Positions 48,616 to 58,859 are shown, counted from the first letter of the stretch. The stretch is 64,000 nt of DNA from Candidatus Latescibacterota bacterium (GCA_965203805.1 OZ241917.1:2272001-2336000); one strand, 5' to 3'. The notes: generated by a model from the letters alone, not told the origin. Numbers and translations are program-made.

Positions 48616-50406
48616 CTACGCCTGCCCATCGAGGCGATCATGCTTCTCTCGTGTCCGATGCAATTCCGTTCGTCGAGTTCGCATGGCCCCCGCCTGATCT
48701 ATCTCTATTCCGAGTGTCAGGAGATGCGCCTGGCGAAGCCACCAGAAGGCTTCGAACAAGGGCCGACGCGGCGAGGCGCCGCGTTCGAGATTCGGCCCTT
48801 TGCGATTGAGATGACGAATCCGGCCATGCGCCCTTCTTGCGAGTGTCTGGACCCTTTCATCAGGATCGTTTCTGGAAAGCCAGAACAGCGTTCTGTGCAC
48901 CCGTCCGCCGGGATTGACGCGTAACGCCGTCAGGGCTTGCACATAGCATTGCCTCCACACTCGGCGGGGTTCGACAAATCGTTCGTCTGTGGGATCAATA
49001 GACTCTTTATTCGGCTCAACATTGTCTCTCCGGGTCTTTAGCCGTTCGAGGCAGAATTTGGCAAACGCTTCGCGCAATCCCTTCAAGTGCGGGTCCCGCC
49101 TGAGTTCATCCCGAAGATTCTGCGGATACATGGCGATTCCGATCCACATCGGGAGTCGACTGTAGGGATGAGGCGGAGGTTCTCTGTCAGCCTCGGGCCA
49201 CGGCCGAAGGTCAGACGCTACGGCGGGGACCCGCATCTCCGCGAAAGCCAGCAGGAGGGACCTCAAGCACTTCCAGGGCGCGGCGAAGACGACCAGCGCC
49301 TCAAAGGCTTTTTCGTAGAAATCCGCAACAGGCACGCCCGTCGAGTCCTGACCGTCAAAGGCCTCGGGTGTATCTCGCAACACCTTACGCAGCATGCCGA
49401 CGTGCCTGACCGCGCTGTCCACAATCCGGCTTCTCAGTTCGTCAGAGAGGTCCGATTCCAGCCCACCCATCCCCCGGTAGTAAATCGCCGCGGATAACCG
49501 CCACCAGGCTTTGAGCAATGAAGATCGCCCTGTCGCAGAATCGGGCTGTTTCACACTGAGAAGGTCCAGGAACGGGATCAACTCGTGCGACACAACCCGC
49601 CATCCGTCACCCGCAGGATTCAGACGCTCCGCACCCAATGCAAAGCCGATGCTCATCGCATGTTCGACAGCATTCAGGAGTCCGAGAATCCGGTCGCCCA
49701 GTACATCTTCCGCAGAATTGGAAAACGCCTCTTTCAGGGTGTTCAGGTTTATGGTCTCACGACGTTCCGAGTCTGCGGCGAAACGCCACTTGAGCCAGAA
49801 TTCGAGCTGATCAGGGTCTTCAAAATCCGTACTGGACCACCCCTCTCGCAACATAGGATTCAACAAGGCCGGATTGACGATCTGATCCAACGGCAGGCCT
49901 TCCGGAAAGAGAAATGGAACGAGGTCGAAGAACAGGAATGCGCGTTTGTTTCTTATCTCCACGAGCTTGCGCCAATCCAGGCGTTTTGCTCGAAATTTCG
50001 CCTGCCTTTGAAATTCTCCAACCCACGCGTGAACAACCCAATTTCCGCCTGATTTCACCAGCCCGTGGCCAGGCCGAACCACTTCGCTGTAGACGGGTCC
50101 GAAGCCAAGCAGAAAGCTGAAGAGAAGCGCGAGGCGGGTCTGCTCATCGCCCTCGGGAGGACCCGATTCGTTCAGACCTTCCACGACACCGGGAAGGACG
50201 TGCTCGAAATTGTCCGAGAAATCCTCCCTGAATACGGACGCGCAGCCGGCATCGCCAAAACAGTCCGGACGTTTAAATACCCGAACCAGCCATGCACGAT
50301 CATCACTGGAAAAACCAGCGTCCGCAAGGCACTGTTCTACGTGAGAAATCTCTGAATCATCTGACGGGAAAATCAGGCCGGATGGGCCGTTTTCAGCGTC
50401 GCTCAT
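48616..50406 (-). CDS. Hypothetical protein (596 aa), alpha-helical, Trp-rich C-terminal domain
   Basis: Long ORF with AGGA RBS; no catalytic motif recognised. Confidence 0.75.
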   Translation of the reverse strand: MSDAENGPSGLIFPSDDSEISHVEQCLADAGFSSDDRAWLVRVFKRPDCFGDAGCASVFREDFSDNFEHVLPGVVEGLNESGPPEGDEQTRLALLFSFLLGFGPVYSEVVRPGHGLVKSGGNWVVHAWVGEFQRQAKFRAKRLDWRKLVEIRNKRAFLFFDLVPFLFPEGLPLDQIVNPALLNPMLREGWSSTDFEDPDQLEFWLKWRFAADSERRETINLNTLKEAFSNSAEDVLGDRILGLLNAVEHAMSIGFALGAERLNPAGDGWRVVSHELIPFLDLLSVKQPDSATGRSSLLKAWWRLSAAIYYRGMGGLESDLSDELRSRIVDSAVRHVGMLRKVLRDTPEAFDGQDSTGVPVADFYEKAFEALVVFAAPWKCLRSLLLAFAEMRVPAVASDLRPWPEADREPPPHPYSRLPMWIGIAMYPQNLRDELRRDPHLKGLREAFAKFCLERLKTRRDNVEPNKESIDPTDERFVEPRRVWRQCYVQALTALRVNPGGRVHRTLFWLSRNDPDERVQTLARRAHGRIRHLNRKGPNLERGASPRRPLFEAFWWLRQAHLLTLGIEIDQAGAMRTRRTELHRTREKHDRLDGQA

Positions 50407-50640
50407 TGTTGTTTCCTGTTAAGCGCCTCGCTATATCCTTGTTGGACAATCGAGCAGGGATGTCAACCTGTTCCGATTGTGAACCCGCAGGATTTCCGGA
50501 GAAGATCCGGAATCGGAAAAGATGCATTAAGCATCGAAGCACGAGGTTCGATCCAAATATACCGGATTAATGATCTGCGTCAAGTGAAAATAGACAAATC
50601 CATGCCCTCCCTAAGGGGCTCCTTATGACAATAACGAACG

Positions 50641-52047
50641 TCAGGTTCTTTCTTTGGCAAGTTCATACTTCCGGTAGAAGTGGCGGAACTGGTCGTAGCT
50701 CAGGCTGAGCGAATCGGCTGCCCTGCGCTGGTTCCAGTTCGTATTGGACAGCGCGCTCCTGAGCAACCCGAGCTCAAAGGATTTGACCTGGGCGTCAAAT
50801 CCGTCTCCCGGCGGCGTCGGTTCTTCACTGGTGATTTCCGGCGGCAAATCCGGGGGTTCAATGGATGGGCCCGTGGCCATGCACGCGGCGCGTTCAACGG
50901 CGAACTTGAGCTCGCGCACGTTTCCGGGCCACGGGTAGCCCTGCAGGTGTCGGAGGGCGCCGTCGGAAAACGGACGCACCGTGAGCCCCGGCACCTCCCG
51001 CACGATTTGCTCGACGAAGAACACCGCAAGCGGATGGATGTCTTCACGCCGCTCGCGAAGCGGAGGAATGCGGATTACTTCGAAGCGGAGGCGGTCGTAG
51101 AGGTCCCGACGAAAGCGGCCTTCGGCAATCTCACGTTCGAGATCGGCATTCGTAGCGGCAATGATCCGGACGTCCACGCTCGCGGGCGAGGCCCCGCCCA
51201 CCCGTTGAATCTCCTGGTACTCGATGGCTCGAAGGACGTTCTGCTGGAATTCGGGTGTGGTGTTGCCAATCTCGTCCAGTAACAGCGTACCGCCGTTGGC
51301 CGCTTCAAACCGCCCGGGCCGGGCTTCGGTCGCTCCGGTGAACGCGCCTTTTTCGTGGCCGAAGAGTTCGCTCTCCAGCAGGTTGGCCGAGAGGGCCGCG
51401 CAGTTGACCTTAACGAACGGTCGATCGCTGCGTACGCCCCCATAGTGGATCGCCGCCGCCACGAGTTCCTTGCCGGTGCCGGGTTCGCCCAACACCAGAA
51501 CCGGCCGGGGTATGGAAGCAATGCGCTCGGCCTGTTGCATGATCCTCAGCATCTGAGGGCTGGCATTGACCGTCCTGTACTTCTTTCCGAACTCGTCCCG
51601 GTAGTATCGATTTTCCCGGTCCAGATCCTTCACCCTGGCCTGAAGCCGCGCATTCTCTCTGAGGACGGCGAGTACGCGGTCGAGTTTTTCCAGGCTGAGT
51701 TCAAGCCGGTCCTCAATATAGAAGTCTTTCTCGATGAAGTCGGATGCGCCCATGCGCAGGGCGGCCACGGCGTTCTCCACGGTACCCTTGCCAGTGAGAA
51801 TGATCACCGGCATATCGGGCACGAGGTCGCGAATCTTGCGCAGGATATTCAGACCGTCCGCCTCGGCCGGTCCGAAATCGATATCCAGAATGGCCATATC
51901 GACGTCCGAAACGTGCGCCTTCAGGTACGCGAAGGCCTGACTTCCCGTTGGAAAAGCCCGCACGATCCTGCCGTCCACCTGAAGGCTTCGCGTGAGCATG
52001 GCCAGTATTTCGGGCTGGTCATCGGCGACGACAATTTGCGCTTTCAT
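50641..52047 (-). CDS. sigma54-dependent response regulator (REC-AAA+-HTH), PspF-like
   Basis: [52 protein letters not shown]; tail [17 protein letters not shown] resembles PspF. Confidence 0.92.
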   Translation of the reverse strand: MKAQIVVADDQPEILAMLTRSLQVDGRIVRAFPTGSQAFAYLKAHVSDVDMAILDIDFGPAEADGLNILRKIRDLVPDMPVIILTGKGTVENAVAALRMGASDFIEKDFYIEDRLELSLEKLDRVLAVLRENARLQARVKDLDRENRYYRDEFGKKYRTVNASPQMLRIMQQAERIASIPRPVLVLGEPGTGKELVAAAIHYGGVRSDRPFVKVNCAALSANLLESELFGHEKGAFTGATEARPGRFEAANGGTLLLDEIGNTTPEFQQNVLRAIEYQEIQRVGGASPASVDVRIIAATNADLEREIAEGRFRRDLYDRLRFEVIRIPPLRERREDIHPLAVFFVEQIVREVPGLTVRPFSDGALRHLQGYPWPGNVRELKFAVERAACMATGPSIEPPDLPPEITSEEPTPPGDGFDAQVKSFELGLLRSALSNTNWNQRRAADSLSLSYDQFRHFYRKYELAKERT

Positions 52048-52050
52048 GGT

Positions 52051-53751
52051 CTACTCGATAAATTCCTCTGCCAGGGGCAGCCGCGAGGCGGTCAACGGAT
52101 CGCCGCTCCAGCCGATGCTGTCGGTTCCGGCGACGAGTTCGAAGTCCACCGGAAGATCGATGCGGAACACGGCGCCGGCGCCCGGGCGGCTGATCATCCT
52201 CAGGGTTCCCCTGTGGGCGGAGACGATGCGCGAACAGATGCTCAGTCCGAATCCGTTGCCTTTTTCTTTGGTGGAAAATCCTGGATCGAAGATTCTGGAC
52301 TGGTTCTCTTCGGATATGCCCGGTCCGTTGTCTTCCACCTCGATGAATACCGACCCGCGTCTATTGTCGTAACCGGCCTGTACCGTGACGGCGCCACGCT
52401 CATCGACGGCGTCCAGCGCGTTGAGAATCAGGTTCGTGACGGCTTCACGCAGCATGCCGGGATCCACCTTGACCTGCGGCACCTGTGGTTCGGATGCGAA
52501 GCGGAGCGCCGCGCCGCCGGAACGGGTCGCGACGGCTTGCTTGATTTTGCCCACGAGTTGCGGAATATCCACGAGTGACGGATTCAGCGGATCCTGCTTC
52601 ATGCTGCGCAGATAGGCCACCCACTGGTCGAAGATGTGTTCCTGGTCGCGGGCAATGTGTCGCAGGTCGTCGAGCACGGCGTCGTGCTTCGGAACGCTTC
52701 GAATGAGGCGGCGTGTGCGGCTACCCACCAGACCCATCAGGTTCTTGATCTGGTGACCCCGGGTGTACAGGCTTTCTCCCACCTGTACGCGACCCATGTC
52801 GATGAGTTCAAGGGACAGGCGCGCCAGCACCGAGGCTGCCTGCGTGCCGAATTCCTCGATGATGGACGTATACTCCTGTTCCATCTGGGCCGAACTCTTG
52901 TAATCGAAGAGAAGATGCGCGAGGTTTCTGTAGGGAAGCGCATAGTCCGGCTCGAGCTGGATGGCGATCTTGAACGCGCCCAGAGCCTGAAGGGTCTGAC
53001 CTGTCTGCATAAGCAAAACGCCAAGGTTGTTGTGACCCGGGGCGAACAGCGGATTTGCTTCCAGCCCGCGACGGTATATCGCGATGGCTTCGTCGATGTT
53101 TGCCGGAAGGTCGTCGAGAAAGCTGGCCAACAGGAAGCAGGCGCCATCCACGTTGTCGAATGGCACGCCGCGGTCCACGGCCTCTAGAATAGACCGAAGC
53201 GCTTCAACCGCCTGTTGCCGGCCATTCGATCCGGAGGCCGCGCCTTCGGCCCGCAAAAGCGCCAACTGCAACTGCGCCTCCAGATGGTCGGGATTCATTG
53301 CGATTGCGGATTCAAAAGCCTGCGCAGCTCCCTCGACACCGCCTTTCAACCGGCAGAGACCGATCTTGTAATGCAGGTCCGCTCCATTCTCCGGCGCAAG
53401 TTCCAGGCAACGCGTGAAACACGTCAGCGCGTGCTGCCAGTTGCCCTTTCTGAAATAGACGGCGCCCAGGTTATGGCGCGCCCGTACATTCCCGTCGTCG
53501 GCCGCCAGTGCCGCCACGTAGGCGGCCCCGGCCTTCGACAGGTCGCCTGCTTCCATCGCGTTGTCGCCGTCACGACCGCGCCGCCGGGCTTCGTCGTTCG
53601 CCGATTCCGGCAGGGTCTGTGCGATGCCGATTCGGTTGGCGGCCGCGGGGCGGCTGTCCGATTTTTCGGGTCTGTTCAAGCCATGACTCCCGAATGAAGC
53701 GCTACGATTCCGATGGCGTTTCCAATGCGCCCTTGTCGTCGCCGCTTGCAT
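52051..53751 (-). CDS. Soluble TPR-repeat histidine kinase (start uncertain, probably downstream of 53751)
   Basis: TPRs (HNLGAVYFRKG, HNNLGVLL), H-box GHQIKNLM, N-box NLILNALDA, DNGPGI..FDPGFSTK..GFGL; no TM helix. Confidence 0.88.
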   Translation of the reverse strand: MQAATTRAHWKRHRNRSASFGSHGLNRPEKSDSRPAAANRIGIAQTLPESANDEARRRGRDGDNAMEAGDLSKAGAAYVAALAADDGNVRARHNLGAVYFRKGNWQHALTCFTRCLELAPENGADLHYKIGLCRLKGGVEGAAQAFESAIAMNPDHLEAQLQLALLRAEGAASGSNGRQQAVEALRSILEAVDRGVPFDNVDGACFLLASFLDDLPANIDEAIAIYRRGLEANPLFAPGHNNLGVLLMQTGQTLQALGAFKIAIQLEPDYALPYRNLAHLLFDYKSSAQMEQEYTSIIEEFGTQAASVLARLSLELIDMGRVQVGESLYTRGHQIKNLMGLVGSRTRRLIRSVPKHDAVLDDLRHIARDQEHIFDQWVAYLRSMKQDPLNPSLVDIPQLVGKIKQAVATRSGGAALRFASEPQVPQVKVDPGMLREAVTNLILNALDAVDERGAVTVQAGYDNRRGSVFIEVEDNGPGISEENQSRIFDPGFSTKEKGNGFGLSICSRIVSAHRGTLRMISRPGAGAVFRIDLPVDFELVAGTDSIGWSGDPLTASRLPLAEEFIE

Positions 53752-55219
53752 CTGCGTCGCCGGTGGCTTTGCCCAGAAACTCGGGCAGTTCCAGGCCCGC
53801 CAGTTTGGCCAACTCGTGCATTGGCGGGATGGCGCCCATCAGGCGCTGGCCGAGATTGGACATGCCGCCCTGTCCGCCGCCGCCGTCCCAGACCATGATC
53901 TTCTCCAGGGGGAGATTCTGAATGGCTTCCGCCTGAATGCCTGCGACCTCGGTCAGCCGCTCGACGATGAGGAAGGCTGCCGCAGCCTGGTCTTTTCCTC
54001 CGCACGCGGCCACCAACTCCCTGTAACCCTCGGCCTTGGCATCCAGTATGGCCTGGGTACCCTCTGCTTCGGCTCGCTTTTGGGCGAGAATTGCGGCGGC
54101 CTCCCCCTGCGCCACCAGCGTCCTCTGCACCTTCTCAGCCTCCGCCTCTACAACCAGCTTCTGCTTTTCCGCGTCGGCCTGTACCACAATCTCGGCTCTC
54201 AATCGAGCTTCTTCCCGGAGCGCCCGGGCTTCCTCGGCCTCTTTTTCGGCCTTTTCCTGTGCGACCCGGATCGCGCCGTCCGCCGCCTTCGCCGCCTCCT
54301 GCCCCTGTTGCCGCGCGACCTCCTCGGCCACTTTCTGCTGCGCCATATATCCGGCCTTTTTAGAATCGGCATCGGCCTCCGCCTGGACCGCTTCCGCATC
54401 CAGAGAAGAGACCATCCGGCGTTTGTTTCGGGCGGCTTCGGCCTCGCCGATCTGGGCTTCGGATTCCAGGGCGGCAACCCTCTGGCGGCGATCCCTGGTA
54501 GCTTCGGCCTCGCCGATTTCGGCTGCCGCGTTTGCGGCAGCCACGTCGGTGCGCTGGTCCCGTTCCCGCTCGGCTACGCCCACCTTGCCCATCTTCTCCT
54601 GCTCGGCCACGTCGATCGCCGCCTGGTTGATGGCTTCGGCCGCGGCCTTTTGTCCGAGAGCCTTGATATAACCGCTTTCGTCTTCTATATCCTTGATGTT
54701 CACGTTAATCACGGCCAGGCCGATCTTTTCCATTTCGGTGGAGACCGCTTCGTTGACCTTGGACATGAAGGCCTGCCGGTCCTGGTTGATTTCCTCGATT
54801 TCCATCGTGGCGATCACCGCCCGCATCTGGCCGAGGATGATGTCCTGCGCCTGACTCTCGATCTGGTCTCGAGAAAGACCCAGGAGACGTATTGACGCAT
54901 TCTGCATCACGCCCATCTGGTTTGACACCGCCGCGGTAACGGTTGTTGGAACAGACACTCTGATGTTCTCCTGCGACAGGGCGTTGTCCAGATCGATGGG
55001 TACGACAAACGGCTCGAGATCCAGATACTCATAATCCTGCAGGAGCGGCAGCACGAAGGCCGCGCCCCCGTGAACGCATTTTGCCGCCCCTTTTCCGGTC
55101 TTTCCGTAGACGACCAGAATCTTGTTGGACGGGCACCGCTTGTACCTGGAAATAAACGTCACGAAGAGCAGAAACACCACCAGCAGCAGTATAATTGTCA
55201 ATACCGTCTCGGTTGACAC
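53702..55219 (-). CDS. Flotillin-like SPFH/band-7 protein
   Basis: N-terminal TM, RYKRCPSNKILVVYG, GQMRAVIATM, INVNIKDI, Ala/Glu coiled coil; GTG start after AGGAGG. Confidence 0.92.
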   Translation of the reverse strand: MSTETVLTIILLLVVFLLFVTFISRYKRCPSNKILVVYGKTGKGAAKCVHGGAAFVLPLLQDYEYLDLEPFVVPIDLDNALSQENIRVSVPTTVTAAVSNQMGVMQNASIRLLGLSRDQIESQAQDIILGQMRAVIATMEIEEINQDRQAFMSKVNEAVSTEMEKIGLAVINVNIKDIEDESGYIKALGQKAAAEAINQAAIDVAEQEKMGKVGVAERERDQRTDVAAANAAAEIGEAEATRDRRQRVAALESEAQIGEAEAARNKRRMVSSLDAEAVQAEADADSKKAGYMAQQKVAEEVARQQGQEAAKAADGAIRVAQEKAEKEAEEARALREEARLRAEIVVQADAEKQKLVVEAEAEKVQRTLVAQGEAAAILAQKRAEAEGTQAILDAKAEGYRELVAACGGKDQAAAAFLIVERLTEVAGIQAEAIQNLPLEKIMVWDGGGGQGGMSNLGQRLMGAIPPMHELAKLAGLELPEFLGKATGDADASGDDKGALETPSES

Positions 55220-55368
55220 GACGATCCCTCCTCGAATGAATTTTCCGCCAACGTTGATTTTTTTCCGGAAGGGGTTCCGTGCGGAATACAACCCCGTTCC
55301 GTCTCACCCATCGACAGGTGGAAACAAGCTGAAATACCGCAGACACCGGCTTCTCAGCCACATTGCAG

Positions 55369-55974
55369 TCAGGACGACAGCGGCTCGACCTCGAGAGCTG
55401 TCGTATCCACCACGCGAAGTACCCGGACCGGTGTTTTTGCGGAGATGGACATGCCGTTTCTGCCGCGTGCCGATACGTAGGCGACCGCGCCACTCTCCAT
55501 CACCCGGACCTGTCCGGCCCCGTCTTCAGGGATATCCAGGTATACCTCACCCGAGGTTCCCACGCACGTTTCCAGATTGGCGTTTCCAGTCTCGGTAAGC
55601 TTCCGGACACCGTGAAAGAAATAGGCAACGACCCCCATGCCTGCACTGCCCCAGACAAACGCGTAAAACACTGCCGTCCGAACGTCCAGACCTCTCTCCA
55701 GATACAGAGCGCCCGCCCATCCGAACAACATACCAAAGGCGATCAGAGACCTGATTGACAGCAGTTTGAATGCAGCCACCGTGCCGTCTCCAGGTCCGTC
55801 GTTCAATTCGGGACCCGCGTCGCCAAGGTCCGCGTCGCCATCAGTGCCGGCGTCGGACCCGCCCAGGCCAAACAGGGCCGCCAGGAGTTGCCAGACAAAA
55901 AATGCGCTGAAAAAAACCGCCAATACGTAGAACGCCTGGTTGAGGACGCTCAAATCTGTCCACCATCCATCCAT
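55369..55974 (-). CDS. NfeD-like membrane protein (flotillin partner)
   Basis: TM helices, FKLLSIRSLIAF..FGWAG, C-terminal OB-fold GEVYLDIP..GQVRV. Confidence 0.85.
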   Translation of the reverse strand: MDGWWTDLSVLNQAFYVLAVFFSAFFVWQLLAALFGLGGSDAGTDGDADLGDAGPELNDGPGDGTVAAFKLLSIRSLIAFGMLFGWAGALYLERGLDVRTAVFYAFVWGSAGMGVVAYFFHGVRKLTETGNANLETCVGTSGEVYLDIPEDGAGQVRVMESGAVAYVSARGRNGMSISAKTPVRVLRVVDTTALEVEPLSS

Positions 55975-56219
55975 GTCCGGCTCCTTTCTCGGGATCGTCC
56001 TCGTGTTGCACGCCGTTCTAACATACGGGACGCCGCCCTGCTGCGAAATGTGACATAGAATTTACTTCGCGTCAACACTAAATCGCGACGGGTTTTACCG
56101 GCGTACTGACCTGGCGGTACGTTCATTGCGGTCGATTTCCAGAGTGAACCGGCGACGGATTCGATCATGGCCAATCCGAACCCCGAACTTGCGCGGCACG
56201 GGCTCCGGGATCCACGTGC

Positions 56220-56795
56220 TCAGGAGGGAACCAGCCCCCGCTTTCTGAATTCACCCTTCAACTGAAATCTTCCGCGGTTGAGCCAGGTCTTGACCGTGCC
56301 CATCGGAATCTGCAACTCCCTGGTAATTTCCTCGTAGGACCTGTCTCTCACGTATCGCATCCAGAGAACCTCGCGATATCTGGCCGGCAATGACCGAATG
56401 CTCTTCCTGACCAGGTCACGGTGCTCGTTTCGCTGGACGGACAGTTCAGGATTCTCGCCCGGTGCAGGCCTGCGTGTGGCGTCGGTAAGAGCAGCCGGGT
56501 CGTCCGTCGTCTGAATCCATTTCCGCCGCACCTGCTGTTTGCGAAAATGGGACTTGTGTACGTTGAGCGCGATCTGCGTGAGCCACGTGGCAAAGGCTGC
56601 ATCCCCGCGGTACGAGCCCATTGCCATAAATGCTCGCAAAAAGGCGGTCTGCATCAGGTCCTGCGCGGTATCGGGATCGCTCGTTCTTCGAACCATTGTG
56701 GCGTAGATCTGCTCGTGGCAGGCTTTGTAAAGGTCTCCGAAGGCAGCTGCGTCTCCCGCGACTGCTCTGCGGATCAGATACCGTTCGTTTTCCAT
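56220..56795 (-). CDS. ECF (sigma70-family) sigma factor
   Basis: GDAAAFGDLY, AQDLMQTAF, FATWLTQIA, LPARYREVL..SYEEI..IPMGTVKTWLNRGR. Confidence 0.93.
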   Translation of the reverse strand: MENERYLIRRAVAGDAAAFGDLYKACHEQIYATMVRRTSDPDTAQDLMQTAFLRAFMAMGSYRGDAAFATWLTQIALNVHKSHFRKQQVRRKWIQTTDDPAALTDATRRPAPGENPELSVQRNEHRDLVRKSIRSLPARYREVLWMRYVRDRSYEEITRELQIPMGTVKTWLNRGRFQLKGEFRKRGLVPS

Positions 56796-56826
56796 TAGCG
56801 GGACATCCTTTCGATAGGACAGGCTA

Positions 56827-57003
56827 TTACCTGGAATCGCTGGTAAGCAGCCGGTAACCCACATAAATCAGGACAATCGAGACTGACAATTTAAGGACCA
56901 GGAACAGGATTTCCAGAGACACGCCTATCAGCTTGATCGCTTCGAAAATGCCGAGGTACGCGCCGATGCCGATCAGGATGATGCCAAGAATCTTCGCGAA
57001 CAT
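56827..57003 (-). CDS. Small two-TM membrane protein (58 aa), not in the ORF track
   Basis: AAAGGA RBS; MFAKILGIILIGIGAYLGIFEAIKLIGVSLEILFLVLKLSVSIVLIYVGYRLLTSDSR. Confidence 0.75.
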   Translation of the reverse strand: MFAKILGIILIGIGAYLGIFEAIKLIGVSLEILFLVLKLSVSIVLIYVGYRLLTSDSR

Positions 57004-57125
57004 GGGTTATCCTTTCTTTTTCCGAAGTATTGCTCAGGTAACGAAAATCCAGTCCGGGATTCGGGAGAATCCGCGAGACCCTCTCAGCCGGAGTTTGCAC
57101 AGGCGTTGGACAATTTCAGCGCCGA

Positions 57126-57503
57126 TCAGCTATCTGGATTCTTTACTTCCGATCGGCTGAGTTTGTCGTCCAGGGATATCAGGACGTCCTGAACGTCAGT
57201 AATCCGCCGTTCCAACTCGTTCAGGCGGGCATGGAACGCTTCCGACTGTTCCGCGCCGTTTCCTCGGGTCTGGCCCCCGGCACGGCGTTTCAGGAAGATC
57301 ACGACGCTGCCGAGGGTGAAGACCGACACGGCAGCGATTACGGAGATTGCCAGAATTCCGAGCGCGATATCCATAGCGAATCTCCCGAAGCCGAAATGGC
57401 GCGTCGGCGCCAGAGGGTCGCCGAAGAGAAACTTCAGCGTTACCATGCCCAGCAGAAACAGGACAAAGACGACGGCGGCCTTAGTCGCGAATTCTCGTGT
57501 CAT
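57126..57503 (-). CDS. Membrane protein with PspB-like C-terminal coiled coil
   Basis: Two TMs; tail RLNELERRITDVQDVLISLDDKL; AGGAGG RBS. Confidence 0.72.
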   Translation of the reverse strand: MTREFATKAAVVFVLFLLGMVTLKFLFGDPLAPTRHFGFGRFAMDIALGILAISVIAAVSVFTLGSVVIFLKRRAGGQTRGNGAEQSEAFHARLNELERRITDVQDVLISLDDKLSRSEVKNPDS

Positions 57504-57534
57504 CAGAATCCCTCCTTTGTATCGCAGTCAAACC

Positions 57535-58110
57535 TCAAACCCTGGTTCGATCCCTTCTAAGCCTCTCGTCCAGGCTGATAATGACCTCCTGAAGATCGTT
57601 CAAGCGCTGGTCTACGGTTTCCAGCCGCTCTTCCATTCGTCTAGCCCGCTCGGGACTCATTCCTTTGCCCTCCCGCTTTTTCCTCAGGTGGATATAGCTC
57701 ACCAGACCACCGGCGAAGATGATCAGGCAGATTCCGATACCAATTTCCATTGCGATACCAAGACCGGTTCCGGATCGAACCAACTCGAGCCGGTCTGCGA
57801 CGCCTTCGAGTTTCCTGGCGGCCGATTCCAATCGCCGCTGGTTGTCCAGGAGTACACTCACGCCGTCGCCCGACGGACCACTTGCACGACCGACCTCGGT
57901 CGGTCCCGGCACATAAGCAGCATCCGGCAGCAGGTTCCACCGGTCAGACGTGAAGGCCCAGATTGCGAACCCCACGGCCGCCACCGCCAGAAATATTCCC
58001 ACCGTGGATCCGCTCGGCTTTTTGTTGCCGGGAGTCATCAGGTAGACTGAATACCCGCCCGCAACCATCAGCAGGCAAAGGGCTAACGCCAGTTCCAGTA
58101 TCCAGCTCAT
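57535..58110 (-). CDS. Membrane protein with PspB-like C-terminal coiled coil
   Basis: Three TMs; tail RLETVDQRLNDLQEVIISLDERL. Confidence 0.72.
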   Translation of the reverse strand: MSWILELALALCLLMVAGGYSVYLMTPGNKKPSGSTVGIFLAVAAVGFAIWAFTSDRWNLLPDAAYVPGPTEVGRASGPSGDGVSVLLDNQRRLESAARKLEGVADRLELVRSGTGLGIAMEIGIGICLIIFAGGLVSYIHLRKKREGKGMSPERARRMEERLETVDQRLNDLQEVIISLDERLRRDRTRV

Positions 58111-58177
58111 CGAGTTCCCTCCTCTTGTTTCCTCGACTTATGTGATTCGAGCGGCTTAATTCACACCTGTCAGAGAT

Positions 58178-58552
58178 TTACGCGACCTTGCTCAGCGTGC
58201 TTGCAGTGGCGTCCGGTGCGGCGGTCTCCGGGTCTGCCTTTTTGAAAACACCCGACAGTTTCGTCATCTTCAGAATTCTGTCGACGCCCCGGGTAACGCC
58301 GCTCAGCTTCAGTTCGCCGCCCGCGCCCCTGACAGTCTTCAGACCGCTGATCAACTCTCCAATCATGGCGGCGCCGACAAACTTCATTTTTGACAGGTCG
58401 ACCACCACCGTCCGTGCGCCGCTGGTCGCCAACTGTCCTATTTTGCGTCTCAGCGGCGCCACTTCCGACCTTGCGACGGGGTCGCCGCTAACGGAGACAA
58501 TTACCGCTCCGCCCTGAATGCGTTCGCCGACGTCAATGCGCCTCGAATTCAT
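58178..58552 (-). CDS. STAS-domain anti-sigma-factor antagonist-like protein
   Basis: VIVSVSGD, VVVDLSKMKFV..IGELI, GGELKLSG..ILKMTKLSGVF. Confidence 0.82.
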   Translation of the reverse strand: MNSRRIDVGERIQGGAVIVSVSGDPVARSEVAPLRRKIGQLATSGARTVVVDLSKMKFVGAAMIGELISGLKTVRGAGGELKLSGVTRGVDRILKMTKLSGVFKKADPETAAPDATASTLSKVA

Positions 58553-58643
58553 CGTACAATCCCTCTTGTTTTCGTGTAAGTCCGGTCCGAGTGGGACAGT
58601 CCGGTGATTCCTGCCATTGGATTTCATCCGATTCCGGCGTCCC

Positions 58644-58859
58644 TTACGACGTTTCCCCCGGGTTTCCTCGATCCAGCTTTTCATCGATCGCGATCATGAT
58701 TTCCTGGATATCGGTAAGTCGCCGATCCAGGTCGTCCAGCCGGGCGTTCAATCGATCTTCGACTTTGCCGGGCACGGAACCCTTGGTTTGTCGATCCACG
58801 TATTTCAGTACAGCCGACGCGAGAACAATAAGCGCAACGCCAACACCGACTTCAAACAT
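58644..58859 (-). CDS. PspB-like small membrane protein (71 aa)
   Basis: One TM; tail RLDDLDRRLTDIQEIMIAIDEKL; GGAGG RBS. Confidence 0.72.
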   Translation of the reverse strand: MFEVGVGVALIVLASAVLKYVDRQTKGSVPGKVEDRLNARLDDLDRRLTDIQEIMIAIDEKLDRGNPGETS

